A stretch of DNA of 64,000 nt from Squalus acanthias. Taxonomy: Eukaryota. Shown here in pieces: positions 15,001 through 30,000 of the stretch. Positions within the stretch are counted from its first letter, which is position 1, and each line of letters starts with the position of its first letter. The notes beneath the pieces were generated by a model that searched no databases, was not told the origin of the DNA, and was given only the letters and a program-made list of their open reading frames with translations. Made by a program: the position numbers and the translations under genes. The DNA is taken from NCBI GenBank assembly GCA_030390025.1, contig CM059432.1:90212001-90276000 (forward strand), in the 5' to 3' direction.

Positions 15001-18000
15001 TACACCACTGATTTCAGACAATGCACAGTACTCACACTAATGATTTCAGAGAATGCACAGCATGCACTACTGACTTCAGACAATGCACAGTGCACACTAC
15101 TCATTTCAGAGAATGCACAGCGCTCACACGACTGATTTCAGACAATGCACAGCGCACACACTACTCATTTCAGAGAATGCACAGCGCTCACACTAATGGT
15201 TTCATAGAATGCATAGTGCTCACACTACAGGCTTCATAGAATGCACAGTGCCCACTCTACTGATTTCAGAGAATGCACAATGCTCACACTACTGATTTCA
15301 GACAATGCACAGCCGTGACACTACTGATTTCACAGAATGCATAGCGCTCACACTACTGATTTCAGGGAATCCACAGCATTCACACTACTGATTAGAGAGA
15401 ATGCACAGCGCTCACACTAATGATTTCAGACAATGCACAGCACACACTACTGATATCAGAGACTGCACAGAACCCACACTGCTGATTTCAGGGAATCCAA
15501 AGCATTCACCCTACTGATTTCAGACAATGCACAGCACTCACACTAATGATTTCAGACAATGCACAGCGCTCACAATACTGATTTCAGAAAATGTTCGTCG
15601 CTCACACTACTGATTTCAGAGAATACACAGCACTCACACTACTGTTTTCAGAGAATGCACAGCACCCACTCTACTGATTTCAGACAATGCACAATGCTCA
15701 CACTACTGATTTCAGAGAATTCACAGTAATCACACTACTGATTTCAGAGAATGCACAGCGCTCACACTATTGATTTCAGACAATGCACAGCACTCACACC
15801 ACTGATTTCAGAGAATTCATAGTGATCACACTACTGATTTCAGAGAATGCACAGCATACACTACTGATTTCAGGGTATCCACACTGCTCACACTACTCAT
15901 TTCAGAGAATTCACAGCGCTCACACAACCGATTTCATGCCATGCGCAGCACTCACACTAATCATTTCAGACAATGCACATAGCTCACACACTGATTTCAG
16001 AGTCTGCTCAGTGCTCACACTAATGATTTCAGAGCATGCACAGTGCTCACTACTGAAATCAGACAATGCACAGCTTTCACACTACTGATTTCAGAGAATG
16101 CTCAGCATACACACAACTGTTTTCAGACAATGCACAGCGCACTCCGTACTGATTTCAGGGAATGCACAGATCTCACACAACTGATTTCAGAGAATGCACA
16201 GTGCTCAAAAACTGATTTCAGAGAATGCACAGAGCTCACACTACCGATTTTAGACAAAGTACAATGCTCACACCACTGATTTCAGAGACTGCACAGTGCT
16301 CACACTACTGATTTCAGGGAATCCATAGCATTCACTACTGATTTCAGAGAATACACATCGCTCACACTGCTGATTCAGAGAATGCACAACGCTCACACTA
16401 CTGATTTCAGGGAATGCACAACGCTCACACTACTGATTTCAGGGAATCCATAGCATTCACTACTGATTTCAGAGAATACACATCGCTCACACTGCTGATT
16501 CAGAGAATGCACAACGCTCACACTACTGATTTCAGAGAATGCACAACGCTCACACTACTGATTTCAGGGAATGCACAGATACACACTATTGATTTCAGAC
16601 AATGCACAGCGCACACACTACTCATTTCAGTGAATGCACAGTGCTCACACTACTGATTTCAGACAATGAACAGTGTTCACACTATTCATTTCAGAGACTG
16701 CTCAGCACACACACTACTGATTTCAGAGCATGCACAGTGCTCACTACTGAAATCACACAATGCACAGCATTCACACTTCTGATTTCAGAGAATGCTCAGC
16801 ATTCACACTACTGTTTTCAGACAACGCACAGCCCTCACACTACTGATTTCAGAGAATGCACAGTGCTCACACTACTGAAATCATAGAATGCACAGCAGAC
16901 ACTACTGATTTCAGAGAATGCACAACGCTCACACTACTGATTTCAGGAATGCACAGCACACACACTACTGATTTCAGGGAATCTACAGCATTCACACTAC
17001 TGATTAGAGAGAATGCACAGCGCTCACACTAATGATTTCAGACAATGCACAGCACACACTACTGATATCAGAGACTGCACAGCACCCACACTGCTGATTT
17101 CAGGGAATCCAAAGCATTCACCCTACTGATTTCAGACAATGCACAGCGCTCACACTAATGATTTCAGGCAATGCACAGCGCTCACAATACTGATGTCAGA
17201 AAATGTTCGTCGCTCACACTACTGATTTCAGAGAATACACAGCACTCATACTACTGTTTTCAGAGAATGCACAGCACCCACTCTACTGATTTCAGACAAT
17301 GCACAATGCTCACACTACTGATTTCAGAGAATTCACAGTGATCACACTACTGATTTCAGAGAATGCACAGCGCTCACACTACTGATTTCAGACAATGCAC
17401 AGCACTCACACAACTGATTTCAGAGAATTCACAGTGATCACACTACAGATTTCAGAGAATGCACAGCACACACTACTGATTTCAGGGTATCCACACTGCT
17501 CAGACTACTCATTTCAGAGAATTCACAGCGCTCACACAACTGATTTCAGAGAATGCACCGCGCTCACACAACTGATTTCAGACCATGCGCAGCACTCACA
17601 CCACTGATTTCAGACAATGCACAGCGCACACACTAATCATTTCAGACAATGCACATAGCTCACACTACTGATTTCAAAGTCTACTCAGCGCTCACACTAA
17701 TGATTTCAGAGCATGCACAGTGCTCACTACTGAAATCAGACAATGCACAGCTTTCACACTACTGATTTCAGAGAATGCTCAGCATTCACACTACTGTTTT
17801 CAGACAATGCACAGCGCACTCCGTACTGATTTCAGGGAATGCACAGATCTCACACAACTGATTTCAGAGAATGCACAGTGCTCAAAAACTGATTTCAGAG
17901 AATGCACAGAGCTCACACTACCGATTTTAGACAAAGTACAATGCTCACAACACTGATTTCAGAGACTGCACAGTGCTCACACTACTGATTTCAGGGAATC

Positions 18001-21000
18001 CATAGCATTCACTACTGATTTCAGAGAATACACATCGCTCACACTGCTGATTCAGAGAATGCACAACGCTCACACTACTGATTTCAGGGAATGCACAACG
18101 CTCACACTACTGATTTCAGGGAATCCATAGCATTCACTACTGATTTCAGAGAATACACATCGCTCACACTGCTGATTCAGAGAATGCACAACGCTCACAC
18201 TACTGATTTCAGAGAATGCACAACGCTCACACTACTGATTTCAGGGAATGCACAGATACACACTATTGATTTCAGACAATGCACAGCGCACACACTACTC
18301 ATTTCAGTGAATGCACAGTGCTCACACTACTGATTTCAGACAATGAACAGTGTTCACACTATTCATTTCAGAGACTGCTCAGCACACACACTACTGATTT
18401 CAGAGCATGCACAGTGCTCACTACTGAAATCACACAATGCACAGCATTCACACTTCTGATTTCAGAGAATGCTCAGCATTCACACTACTGTTTTCAGACA
18501 ACGCACAGCCCTCACACTACTGATTTCAGAGAATGCACAGTGCTCACACTACTGAAATCATAGAATGCACAGCAGACACTACTGATTTCAGAGAATGCAC
18601 AACGCTCACACTACTGATTTCAGACCATGCGCAGCACTCACACCACTGATTTCAGACAATGCACAGCGCACACACTAATCATTTCAGACAATGCACATAG
18701 CTCACACTACTGATTTCAAAGTCTGCTCAGCGCTCACACTAATGATTTCAGAGCATGCACAGTGCTCACTACTGAAATCAGAAAAATGCACAGCTTTCAC
18801 ACTACTGATTTCAGAGAATGCTCAGCATTCACACTACTGGTTTCAGACAACGCACAGCCCTCACACTACTCATTTCAGAGAATGCACAGCGCTCACACTA
18901 ATGATTTCAGACAATGCATAGCGCTCAGGCGAATGATATCAAAGAATGCACAGCGCTCACACTACTAATTTTAGTGAATTCACAGCGCTCACAATACTGA
19001 TAACAGAAAATGTTCAGCGCTCACACTACTGATTTCAGAGAATACACAGTGCTCACACGATTGATTTCAGACAATGCACATTGCTCACACTACTGAAATC
19101 ACTGAATGCACAGCATTCACACTACTGATTTTAGGGAATGCACAGCACTCACACTACTGATTTTATAGAATGCACAGCGCTCACACTACTGATTTCCGAG
19201 AATGCACAGCAGACACTACTGATTTCAGAGAATGCACAACGCTCACACTACTGATTTCAGGAATGCACAGCACACACTACTAATTTCAGGGAATGCACAG
19301 TGCCCACTCTACTGATTTCAGAGAATGCACAACGCTCACACTACTGATTTCAGGGAATGCACAACGCTCACACTACTGATTTCAGGGAATCCATAGCATT
19401 CACTACTGATTTCAGAGAATACACATCGCTCACACTGCTGATTCAGAGAATGCACAACGCTCACACTACTGATTTCAGAGAATGCACAACGCTCACACTA
19501 CTGATTTCAGGGAATGCACAGATACACACTATTGATTTCAGACAATGCACAGCGCACACACTACTCATTTCAGTGAATGCACAGTGCTCACACTACTGAT
19601 TTCAGACAATGAACAGTGTTCACACTATTCATTTCAGAGACTGCTCAGCACACACACTACTGATTTCAGAGCATGCACAGTGCTCACTACTGAAATCACA
19701 CAATGCACAGCATTCACACTTCTGATTTCAGAGAATGCTCAGCATTCACACTACTGTTTTCAGACAACGCACAGCCCTCACACTACTGATTTCAGAGAAT
19801 GCACAGTGCTCACACTACTGAAATCATAGAATGCACAGCAGACACTACTGATTTCAGAGAATGCACAACGCTCACACTACTGATTTCAGGAATGCACAGC
19901 ACACACACTACTGATTTCAGGGAATCTACAGCATTCACACTACTGATTAGAGAGAATGCACAGCGCTCACACTAATGATTTCAGACAATGCACAGCACAC
20001 ACTACTGATATCAGAGACTGCACAGCACTCACACAACTGATTTCAGAGAATGCACAGCACACATTATTGATTTCAGACAATGCACAGCGCACACACTACT
20101 CATTTCAGACAATGCACAGCACTCACACTACTGATTTCAGACAATGCACAGTGCTCACACTACTCATTTCAGAGATTGCTCAGCGCTCACACTACTGATT
20201 TCAGAGCATGCACAGTGCTCACTACTGAAATCACACAATGCACAGCATTCACACTACTGATTTCAGAGAATGCACAGCATTCACACTACTGTTTTCAGGG
20301 AATGCACAGCGCTCACACTATTGATTTCAGAGAATGCACTGCCCTCACACTACTGATTTCAGAGAATAATCAGCATTCACACTACTGTTTTCAGAGAATG
20401 CTCAGCATTCACACTACTGTTTTCAAAGAATGCACAGCGTTCACACTGCTGATTTCAGAGAATGCACAGCGCTCACACTACTGATTTCAGAGATTGCACA
20501 GTTCTCACACGACTGATTTCAGAGAATGCAGAGCGCTCACACTACTGATTTCAGACAAAGCACAGTGCTCACACTACTGATTTCAGACAAAGCACAGTGC
20601 TCACATTACTGATTTCAGAGACTGCACAGCGCTCACACTACTGATTTCAGGGCATCCACAGCATTCACGACTGAGTTCAGAGAATGCACAGCACTCATAC
20701 TACTCATTTCAGAGAATGCCGAGCGCTCACACAACTGCTTTCAGAGAATGCACAGCGCTCACACTACTGATTTCAGAGAATGCACAGCGCTCACACTATT
20801 GATTTCAGAGAATGCACTGCGCTCACACTAATGATTTCAGAGAATGCACAGTAACCACACTACAGATTTCAGGAAATCCAAAGCATTTACACCACTGATT
20901 TCAGACAATGCACAGTACTCACACTAATGATTTCAGAGAATGCACAGCATGCACTACTGACTTCAGACAATGCACAGTGCACACTACTCATTTCAGAGAA

Positions 21001-24000
21001 TGCACAGCGCTCACACGACTGATTTCAGACAATGCACAGCGCACACACTACTCATTTCAGAGAATGCACAGCGCTCACACTAATGGTTTCATAGAATGCA
21101 TAGTGCTCACACTACAGGCTTCATAGAATGCACAGTGCCCACTCTACTGATTTCAGAGAATGCACAATGCTCACACTACTGATTTCAGACAATGCACAGC
21201 CGTGACACTACTGATTTCACAGAATGCATAGCGCTCACACTACTGATTTCAGGGAATCCACAGCATTCACACTACTGATTAGAGAGAATGCACAGCGCTC
21301 ACACTAATGATTTCAGACAATGCACAGCACACACTACTGATATCAGAGACTGCACAGAACCCACACTGCTGATTTCAGGGAATCCAAAGCATTCACCCTA
21401 CTGATTTCAGACAATGCACAGCACTCACACTAATGATTTCAGACAATGCACAGCGCTCACAATACTGATTTCAGAAAATGTTCGTCGCTCACACTACTGA
21501 TTTCAGAGAATACACAGCACTCACACTACTGTTTTCAGAGAATGCACAGCACCCACTCTACTGATTTCAGACAATGCACAATGCTCACACTACTGATTTC
21601 AGAGAATTCACAGTAATCACACTACTGATTTCAGAGAATGCACAGCGCTCACACTATTGATTTCAGACAATGCACAGCACTCACACCACTGATTTCAGAG
21701 AATTCATAGTGATCACACTACTGATTTCAGAGAATGCACAGCATACACTACTGATTTCAGGGTATCCACACTGCTCACACTACTCATTTCAGAGAATTCA
21801 CAGCGCTCACACAACCGATTTCATGCCATGCGCAGCACTCACACTAATCATTTCAGACAATGCACATAGCTCACACACTGATTTCAGAGTCTGCTCAGTG
21901 CTCACACTAATGATTTCAGAGCATGCACAGTGCTCACTACTGAAATCAGACAATGCACAGCTTTCACACTACTGATTTCAGAGAATGCTCAGCATACACA
22001 CAACTGTTTTCAGACAATGCACAGCGCACTCCGTACTGATTTCAGGGAATGCACAGATCTCACACAACTGATTTCAGAGAATGCACAGTGCTCAAAAACT
22101 GATTTCAGAGAATGCACAGAGCTCACACTACCGATTTTAGACAAAGTACAATGCTCACACCACTGATTTCAGAGACTGCACAGTGCTCACACTACTGATT
22201 TCAGGGAATCCATAGCATTCACTACTGATTTCAGAGAATACACATCGCTCACACTGCTGATTCAGAGAATGCACAACGCTCACACTACTGATTTCAGGGA
22301 ATGCACAACGCTCACACTACTGATTTCAGGGAATCCATAGCATTCACTACTGATTTCAGAGAATACACATCGCTCACACTGCTGATTCAGAGAATGCACA
22401 ACGCTCACACTACTGATTTCAGAGAATGCACAACGCTCACACTACTGATTTCAGGGAATGCACAGATACACACTATTGATTTCAGACAATGCACAGCGCA
22501 CACACTACTCATTTCAGTGAATGCACAGTGCTCACACTACTGATTTCAGACAATGAACAGTGTTCACACTATTCATTTCAGAGACTGCTCAGCACACACA
22601 CTACTGATTTCAGAGCATGCACAGTGCTCACTACTGAAATCACACAATGCACAGCATTCACACTTCTGATTTCAGAGAATGCTCAGCATTCACACTACTG
22701 TTTTCAGACAACGCACAGCCCTCACACTACTGATTTCAGAGAATGCACAGTGCTCACACTACTGAAATCATAGAATGCACAGCAGACACTACTGATTTCA
22801 GAGAATGCACAACGCTCACACTACTGATTTCAGGAATGCACAGCACACACACTACTGATTTCAGGGAATCTACAGCATTCACACTACTGATTAGAGAGAA
22901 TGCACAGCGCTCACACTAATGATTTCAGACAATGCACAGCACACACTACTGATATCAGAGACTGCACAGCACCCACACTGCTGATTTCAGGGAATCCAAA
23001 GCATTCACCCTACTGATTTCAGACAATGCACAGCGCTCACACTAATGATTTCAGGCAATGCACAGCGCTCACAATACTGATGTCAGAAAATGTTCGTCGC
23101 TCACACTACTGATTTCAGAGAATACACAGCACTCATACTACTGTTTTCAGAGAATGCACAGCACCCACTCTACTGATTTCAGACAATGCACAATGCTCAC
23201 ACTACTGATTTCAGAGAATTCACAGTGATCACACTACTGATTTCAGAGAATGCACAGCGCTCACACTACTGATTTCAGACAATGCACAGCACTCACACAA
23301 CTGATTTCAGAGAATTCACAGTGATCACACTACAGATTTCAGAGAATGCACAGCACACACTACTGATTTCAGGGTATCCACACTGCTCAGACTACTCATT
23401 TCAGAGAATTCACAGCGCTCACACAACTGATTTCAGAGAATGCACCGCGCTCACACAACTGATTTCAGACCATGCGCAGCACTCACACCACTGATTTCAG
23501 ACAATGCACAGCGCACACACTAATCATTTCAGACAATGCACATAGCTCACACTACTGATTTCAAAGTCTACTCAGCGCTCACACTAATGATTTCAGAGCA
23601 TGCACAGTGCTCACTACTGAAATCAGACAATGCACAGCTTTCACACTACTGATTTCAGAGAATGCTCAGCATTCACACTACTGTTTTCAGACAATGCACA
23701 GCGCACTCCGTACTGATTTCAGGGAATGCACAGATCTCACACAACTGATTTCAGAGAATGCACAGTGCTCAAAAACTGATTTCAGAGAATGCACAGAGCT
23801 CACACTACCGATTTTAGACAAAGTACAATGCTCACAACACTGATTTCAGAGACTGCACAGTGCTCACACTACTGATTTCAGGGAATCCATAGCATTCACT
23901 ACTGATTTCAGAGAATACACATCGCTCACACTGCTGATTCAGAGAATGCACAACGCTCACACTACTGATTTCAGGGAATGCACAACGCTCACACTACTGA

Positions 24001-27000
24001 TTTCAGGGAATCCATAGCATTCACTACTGATTTCAGAGAATACACATCGCTCACACTGCTGATTCAGAGAATGCACAACGCTCACACTACTGATTTCAGA
24101 GAATGCACAACGCTCACACTACTGATTTCAGGGAATGCACAGATACACACTATTGATTTCAGACAATGCACAGCGCACACACTACTCATTTCAGTGAATG
24201 CACAGTGCTCACACTACTGATTTCAGACAATGAACAGTGTTCACACTATTCATTTCAGAGACTGCTCAGCACACACACTACTGATTTCAGAGCATGCACA
24301 GTGCTCACTACTGAAATCACACAATGCACAGCATTCACACTTCTGATTTCAGAGAATGCTCAGCATTCACACTACTGTTTTCAGACAACGCACAGCCCTC
24401 ACACTACTGATTTCAGAGAATGCACAGTGCTCACACTACTGAAATCATAGAATGCACAGCAGACACTACTGATTTCAGAGAATGCACAACGCTCACACTA
24501 CTGATTTCAGACCATGCGCAGCACTCACACCACTGATTTCAGACAATGCACAGCGCACACACTAATCATTTCAGACAATGCACATAGCTCACACTACTGA
24601 TTTCAAAGTCTGCTCAGCGCTCACACTAATGATTTCAGAGCATGCACAGTGCTCACTACTGAAATCAGAAAAATGCACAGCTTTCACACTACTGATTTCA
24701 GAGAATGCTCAGCATTCACACTACTGGTTTCAGACAACGCACAGCCCTCACACTACTCATTTCAGAGAATGCACAGCGCTCACACTAATGATTTCAGACA
24801 ATGCATAGCGCTCAGGCGAATGATATCAAAGAATGCACAGCGCTCACACTACTAATTTTAGTGAATTCACAGCGCTCACAATACTGATAACAGAAAATGT
24901 TCAGCGCTCACACTACTGATTTCAGAGAATACACAGTGCTCACACGATTGATTTCAGACAATGCACATTGCTCACACTACTGAAATCACTGAATGCACAG
25001 CATTCACACTACTGATTTTAGGGAATGCACAGCACTCACACTACTGATTTTATAGAATGCACAGCGCTCACACTACTGATTTCCGAGAATGCACAGCAGA
25101 CACTACTGATTTCAGAGAATGCACAACGCTCACACTACTGATTTCAGGAATGCACAGCACACACTACTAATTTCAGGGAATGCACAGTGCCCACTCTACT
25201 GATTTCAGAGAATGCACAACGCTCACACTACTGATTTCAGGGAATGCACAACGCTCACACTACTGATTTCAGGGAATCCATAGCATTCACTACTGATTTC
25301 AGAGAATACACATCGCTCACACTGCTGATTCAGAGAATGCACAACGCTCACACTACTGATTTCAGAGAATGCACAACGCTCACACTACTGATTTCAGGGA
25401 ATGCACAGATACACACTATTGATTTCAGACAATGCACAGCGCACACACTACTCATTTCAGTGAATGCACAGTGCTCACACTACTGATTTCAGACAATGAA
25501 CAGTGTTCACACTATTCATTTCAGAGACTGCTCAGCACACACACTACTGATTTCAGAGCATGCACAGTGCTCACTACTGAAATCACACAATGCACAGCAT
25601 TCACACTTCTGATTTCAGAGAATGCTCAGCATTCACACTACTGTTTTCAGACAACGCACAGCCCTCACACTACTGATTTCAGAGAATGCACAGTGCTCAC
25701 ACTACTGAAATCATAGAATGCACAGCAGACACTACTGATTTCAGAGAATGCACAACGCTCACACTACTGATTTCAGGAATGCACAGCACACACACTACTG
25801 ATTTCAGGGAATCTACAGCATTCACACTACTGATTAGAGAGAATGCACAGCGCTCACACTAATGATTTCAGACAATGCACAGCACACACTACTGATATCA
25901 GAGACTGCACAGCACCCACACTGCTGATATCAGGGAATCCAAAGCATTCACCCTACTGATTTCAGACAATGCACAGCGCTCACACTAATGATTTCAGGCA
26001 ATGCACAGCGCTCACAATACTGATGTCAGAAAATGTTCGTCGCTCACACTACTGATTTCAGAGAATTCACAGTGATCACACTACTGATTTCAGAGAATGC
26101 ACAGCGCTCACACTACTGATTTCAGACAATGCACAGCACTCACACAACTGATTTCAGAGAATTCACAGTGCTCACACTACTGATTTCAGGGAATCCATAG
26201 CATTCACTACTGATTTCAGAGAATACACATCGCTCACACTGCTGATTTCAGAGAATGCACAGCGCTCACACTACTGATATCAGAGAATGCACAATGCTCA
26301 CACTACTGATTTCAGGGAATGCACAGCACACACTATTGATTTCAGACAATGCACAGCGCACACACTACTGATTTCAGACAATGAACAGTGCTCACACTAT
26401 TCATTTCAGAGACTGCTCAGCGCACACACTACTGATTTCAGAGCATGCACAGTGCTCACTACTGAAATCACACAATGCACAGCATCAACACTTCTGATTT
26501 CAGAGAATGCTGAGCATTCACACTACTGTTTTCAGGGAATGCACAGCGCTCACACTATTGATTTCAGAGAATGCACGGTGCTCACACTACTGATTTCAGA
26601 GAATGATCAGCATTCACACTACTGATTTCAGAGAATGCACAGCGCTCACACTACTGATTTCAGTGATTGCACAGTTCTCACACGACTGATTTCAGAGACT
26701 GCACAGCGCTCACACTACTGATTTCAGGGAATGCACAGCACACACTACTGGTTTCAGACAACGCACAGCCCTCACACTACTCATTTCAGAGAATGCACAG
26801 CGCTCACACTAATGATTTCAGACAATGCATAGCGCTCAGGCGAATGATATCAAAGAATGCACAGCGCTCACACTACTAATTTTAGTGAATTCACAGCGCT
26901 CACAATACTGATAACAGAAAATGTTCAGCGCTCACACTACTGATTTCAGAGAATACACAGTGCTCACACGATTGATTTCAGACAATGCACATTGCTCACA

Positions 27001-30000
27001 CTACTGAAATCACTGAATGCACAGCATTCACACTACTGATTTTAGGGAATGCACAGCACTCACACTACTGATTTTATAGAATGCACAGCGCTCACACTAC
27101 TGATTTCCGAGAATGCACAGCAGACACTACTGATTTCAGAGAATGCACAACGCTCACACTACTGATTTCAGGAATGCACAGCACACACTACTAATTTCAG
27201 GGAATGCACAGTGCCCACTCTACTGATTTCAGAGAATGCACAACGCTCACACTACTGATTTCAGGGAATGCACAACGCTCACACTACTGATTTCAGGGAA
27301 TCCATAGCATTCACTACTGATTTCAGAGAATACACATCGCTCACACTGCTGATTCAGAGAATGCACAACGCTCACACTACTGATTTCAGAGAATGCACAA
27401 CGCTCACACTACTGATTTCAGGGAATGCACAGATACACACTATTGATTTCAGACAATGCACAGCGCACACACTACTCATTTCAGTGAATGCACAGTGCTC
27501 ACACTACTGATTTCAGACAATGAACAGTGTTCACACTATTCATTTCAGAGACTGCTCAGCACACACACTACTGATTTCAGAGCATGCACAGTGCTCACTA
27601 CTGAAATCACACAATGCACAGCATTCACACTTCTGATTTCAGAGAATGCTCAGCATTCACACTACTGTTTTCAGACAACGCACAGCCCTCACACTACTGA
27701 TTTCAGAGAATGCACAGTGCTCACACTACTGAAATCATAGAATGCACAGCAGACACTACTGATTTCAGAGAATGCACAACGCTCACACTACTGATTTCAG
27801 GAATGCACAGCACACACACTACTGATTTCAGGGAATCTACAGCATTCACACTACTGATTAGAGAGAATGCACAGCGCTCACACTAATGATTTCAGACAAT
27901 GCACAGCACACACTACTGATATCAGAGACTGCACAGCACCCACACTGCTGATTTCAGGGAATCCAAAGCATTCACCCTACTGATTTCAGACAATGCACAG
28001 CGCTCACACTAATGATTTCAGGCAATGCACAGCGCTCACAATACTGATGTCAGAAAATGTTCGTCGCTCACACTACTGATTTCAGAGAATACACAGCACT
28101 CATACTACTGTTTTCAGAGAATGCACAGCACCCACTCTACTGATTTCAGACAATGCACAATGCTCACACTACTGATTTCAGAGAATTCACAGTGATCACA
28201 CTACTGATTTCAGAGAATGCACAGCGCTCACACTACTGATTTCAGACAATGCACAGCACTCACACAACTGATTTCAGAGAATTCACAGTGATCACACTAC
28301 AGATTTCAGAGAATGCACAGCACACACTACTGATTTCAGGGTATCCACAATGCTCAGACTACTCATTTCAGAGAATTCACAGCGCTCACACAACTGATTT
28401 CAGAGAATGCACCGCGCTCACACAACTGATTTCAGACCATGCGCAGCACTCACACCACTGATTTCAGACAATGCACAGCGCACACACTAATCATTTCAGA
28501 CAATGCACATAGCTCACACTACTGATTTCAAAGTCTGCTCAGCGCTCACACTAATGATTTCAGAGCATGCACAGTGCTCACTACTGAAATCAGACAATGC
28601 ACAGCTTTCACACTACTGATTTCAGAGAATGCTCAGCATTCACACTACTGTTTTCAGACAATGCACAGCGCACTCCGTACTGATTTCAGAGAATGCACAG
28701 ATCTCACACAACTGATTTCAGAGAATGCACAGTGCTCAAAATACTGATTTCAGAGAATGCACAGAGCTCACACTACTGATTTTAGACAAAGTACAATGCT
28801 CACACTACTGATTTCAGAGACTGCACAGTGCTCACACTACTGATTTCAGGGAATCCATAGCATTCACTACTGATTTCAGAGAATACACATCGCTCACACT
28901 GCTGATTTCAGAGAATGCACAGCGCTCACACTACTGATATCAGAAAATGCACAATGCTCACACTACTGATTTCAGGGAATGCACAGCACACACTATTGAT
29001 TTCAGACAAAGCACAGCGCACATACTACTGATTTCAGTGAATGCACAGCGCTCACACTACTGATTTCAGACAATGAACAGTGCTCACACTATTCATTTCA
29101 GAGACTGCTCAGCGCACACACTACTGATTTCAGAGCATGCACAGTGCTCACTACTGAAATCACACAATGCACAGCATTCACACTTCTGATTTCAGAGAAT
29201 GCTCAGCATTCACACTACTGTTTTCAGGGAATGCACAGCGCTCACACTATTGATTTCAGAGAATGCACCGTGCTCACACTACTGATTGCAGAGAATGATC
29301 AGCATTCACACTACTGATTTCAGAGAATGCACAGCGCTCACACTACTGATTTCAGTGATTGCACAGTTCTCACACGACTGATTTCAGAGACTGCACAGTG
29401 CTCACACTACTGATTTCAGGGAATCCACAGCATTCACTACTGATTTCAGAGAATACACAGCGCTCATACTACTGATTTCAGAGAATGCACAGCACACACT
29501 ACTGATTTCAGACAACGCACAGCCCTCACACTACTCATTTCAGAGAATGGACAGCGCTCACACTAATGATTTCAGACAATGCACAGCAATCACACTACTA
29601 ATTTCAGGGAATCCAAAGCATTCACATTACTGATTTCAGACAATGCACAGCGCTCAGGCGAATGATATCAAAGAATGCACAGCACTCACACTATTAATTT
29701 TAGTGAATTCACAGCGCTCACAATACTGATTACAGAAAATGTTCAGCGCTCACACTACTGATTTCAGAGAATACACAGTGCTCACATGATTGATTTCAGA
29801 CAATGCACATTGCTCACACTACTGAAATCACTGAATGCACAGCATTCACACTACTGATTTTAGGGAATGCACAGCACTCACACTACTGATTTTATAGAAT
29901 GCACAGCGCTCACACTACTGATTTGCGAGAATGCACAGCGCTCACACTACTGATTTCACTGAATGCACAGTGCTCACACTGCTGATTTCAGACAACGCAC

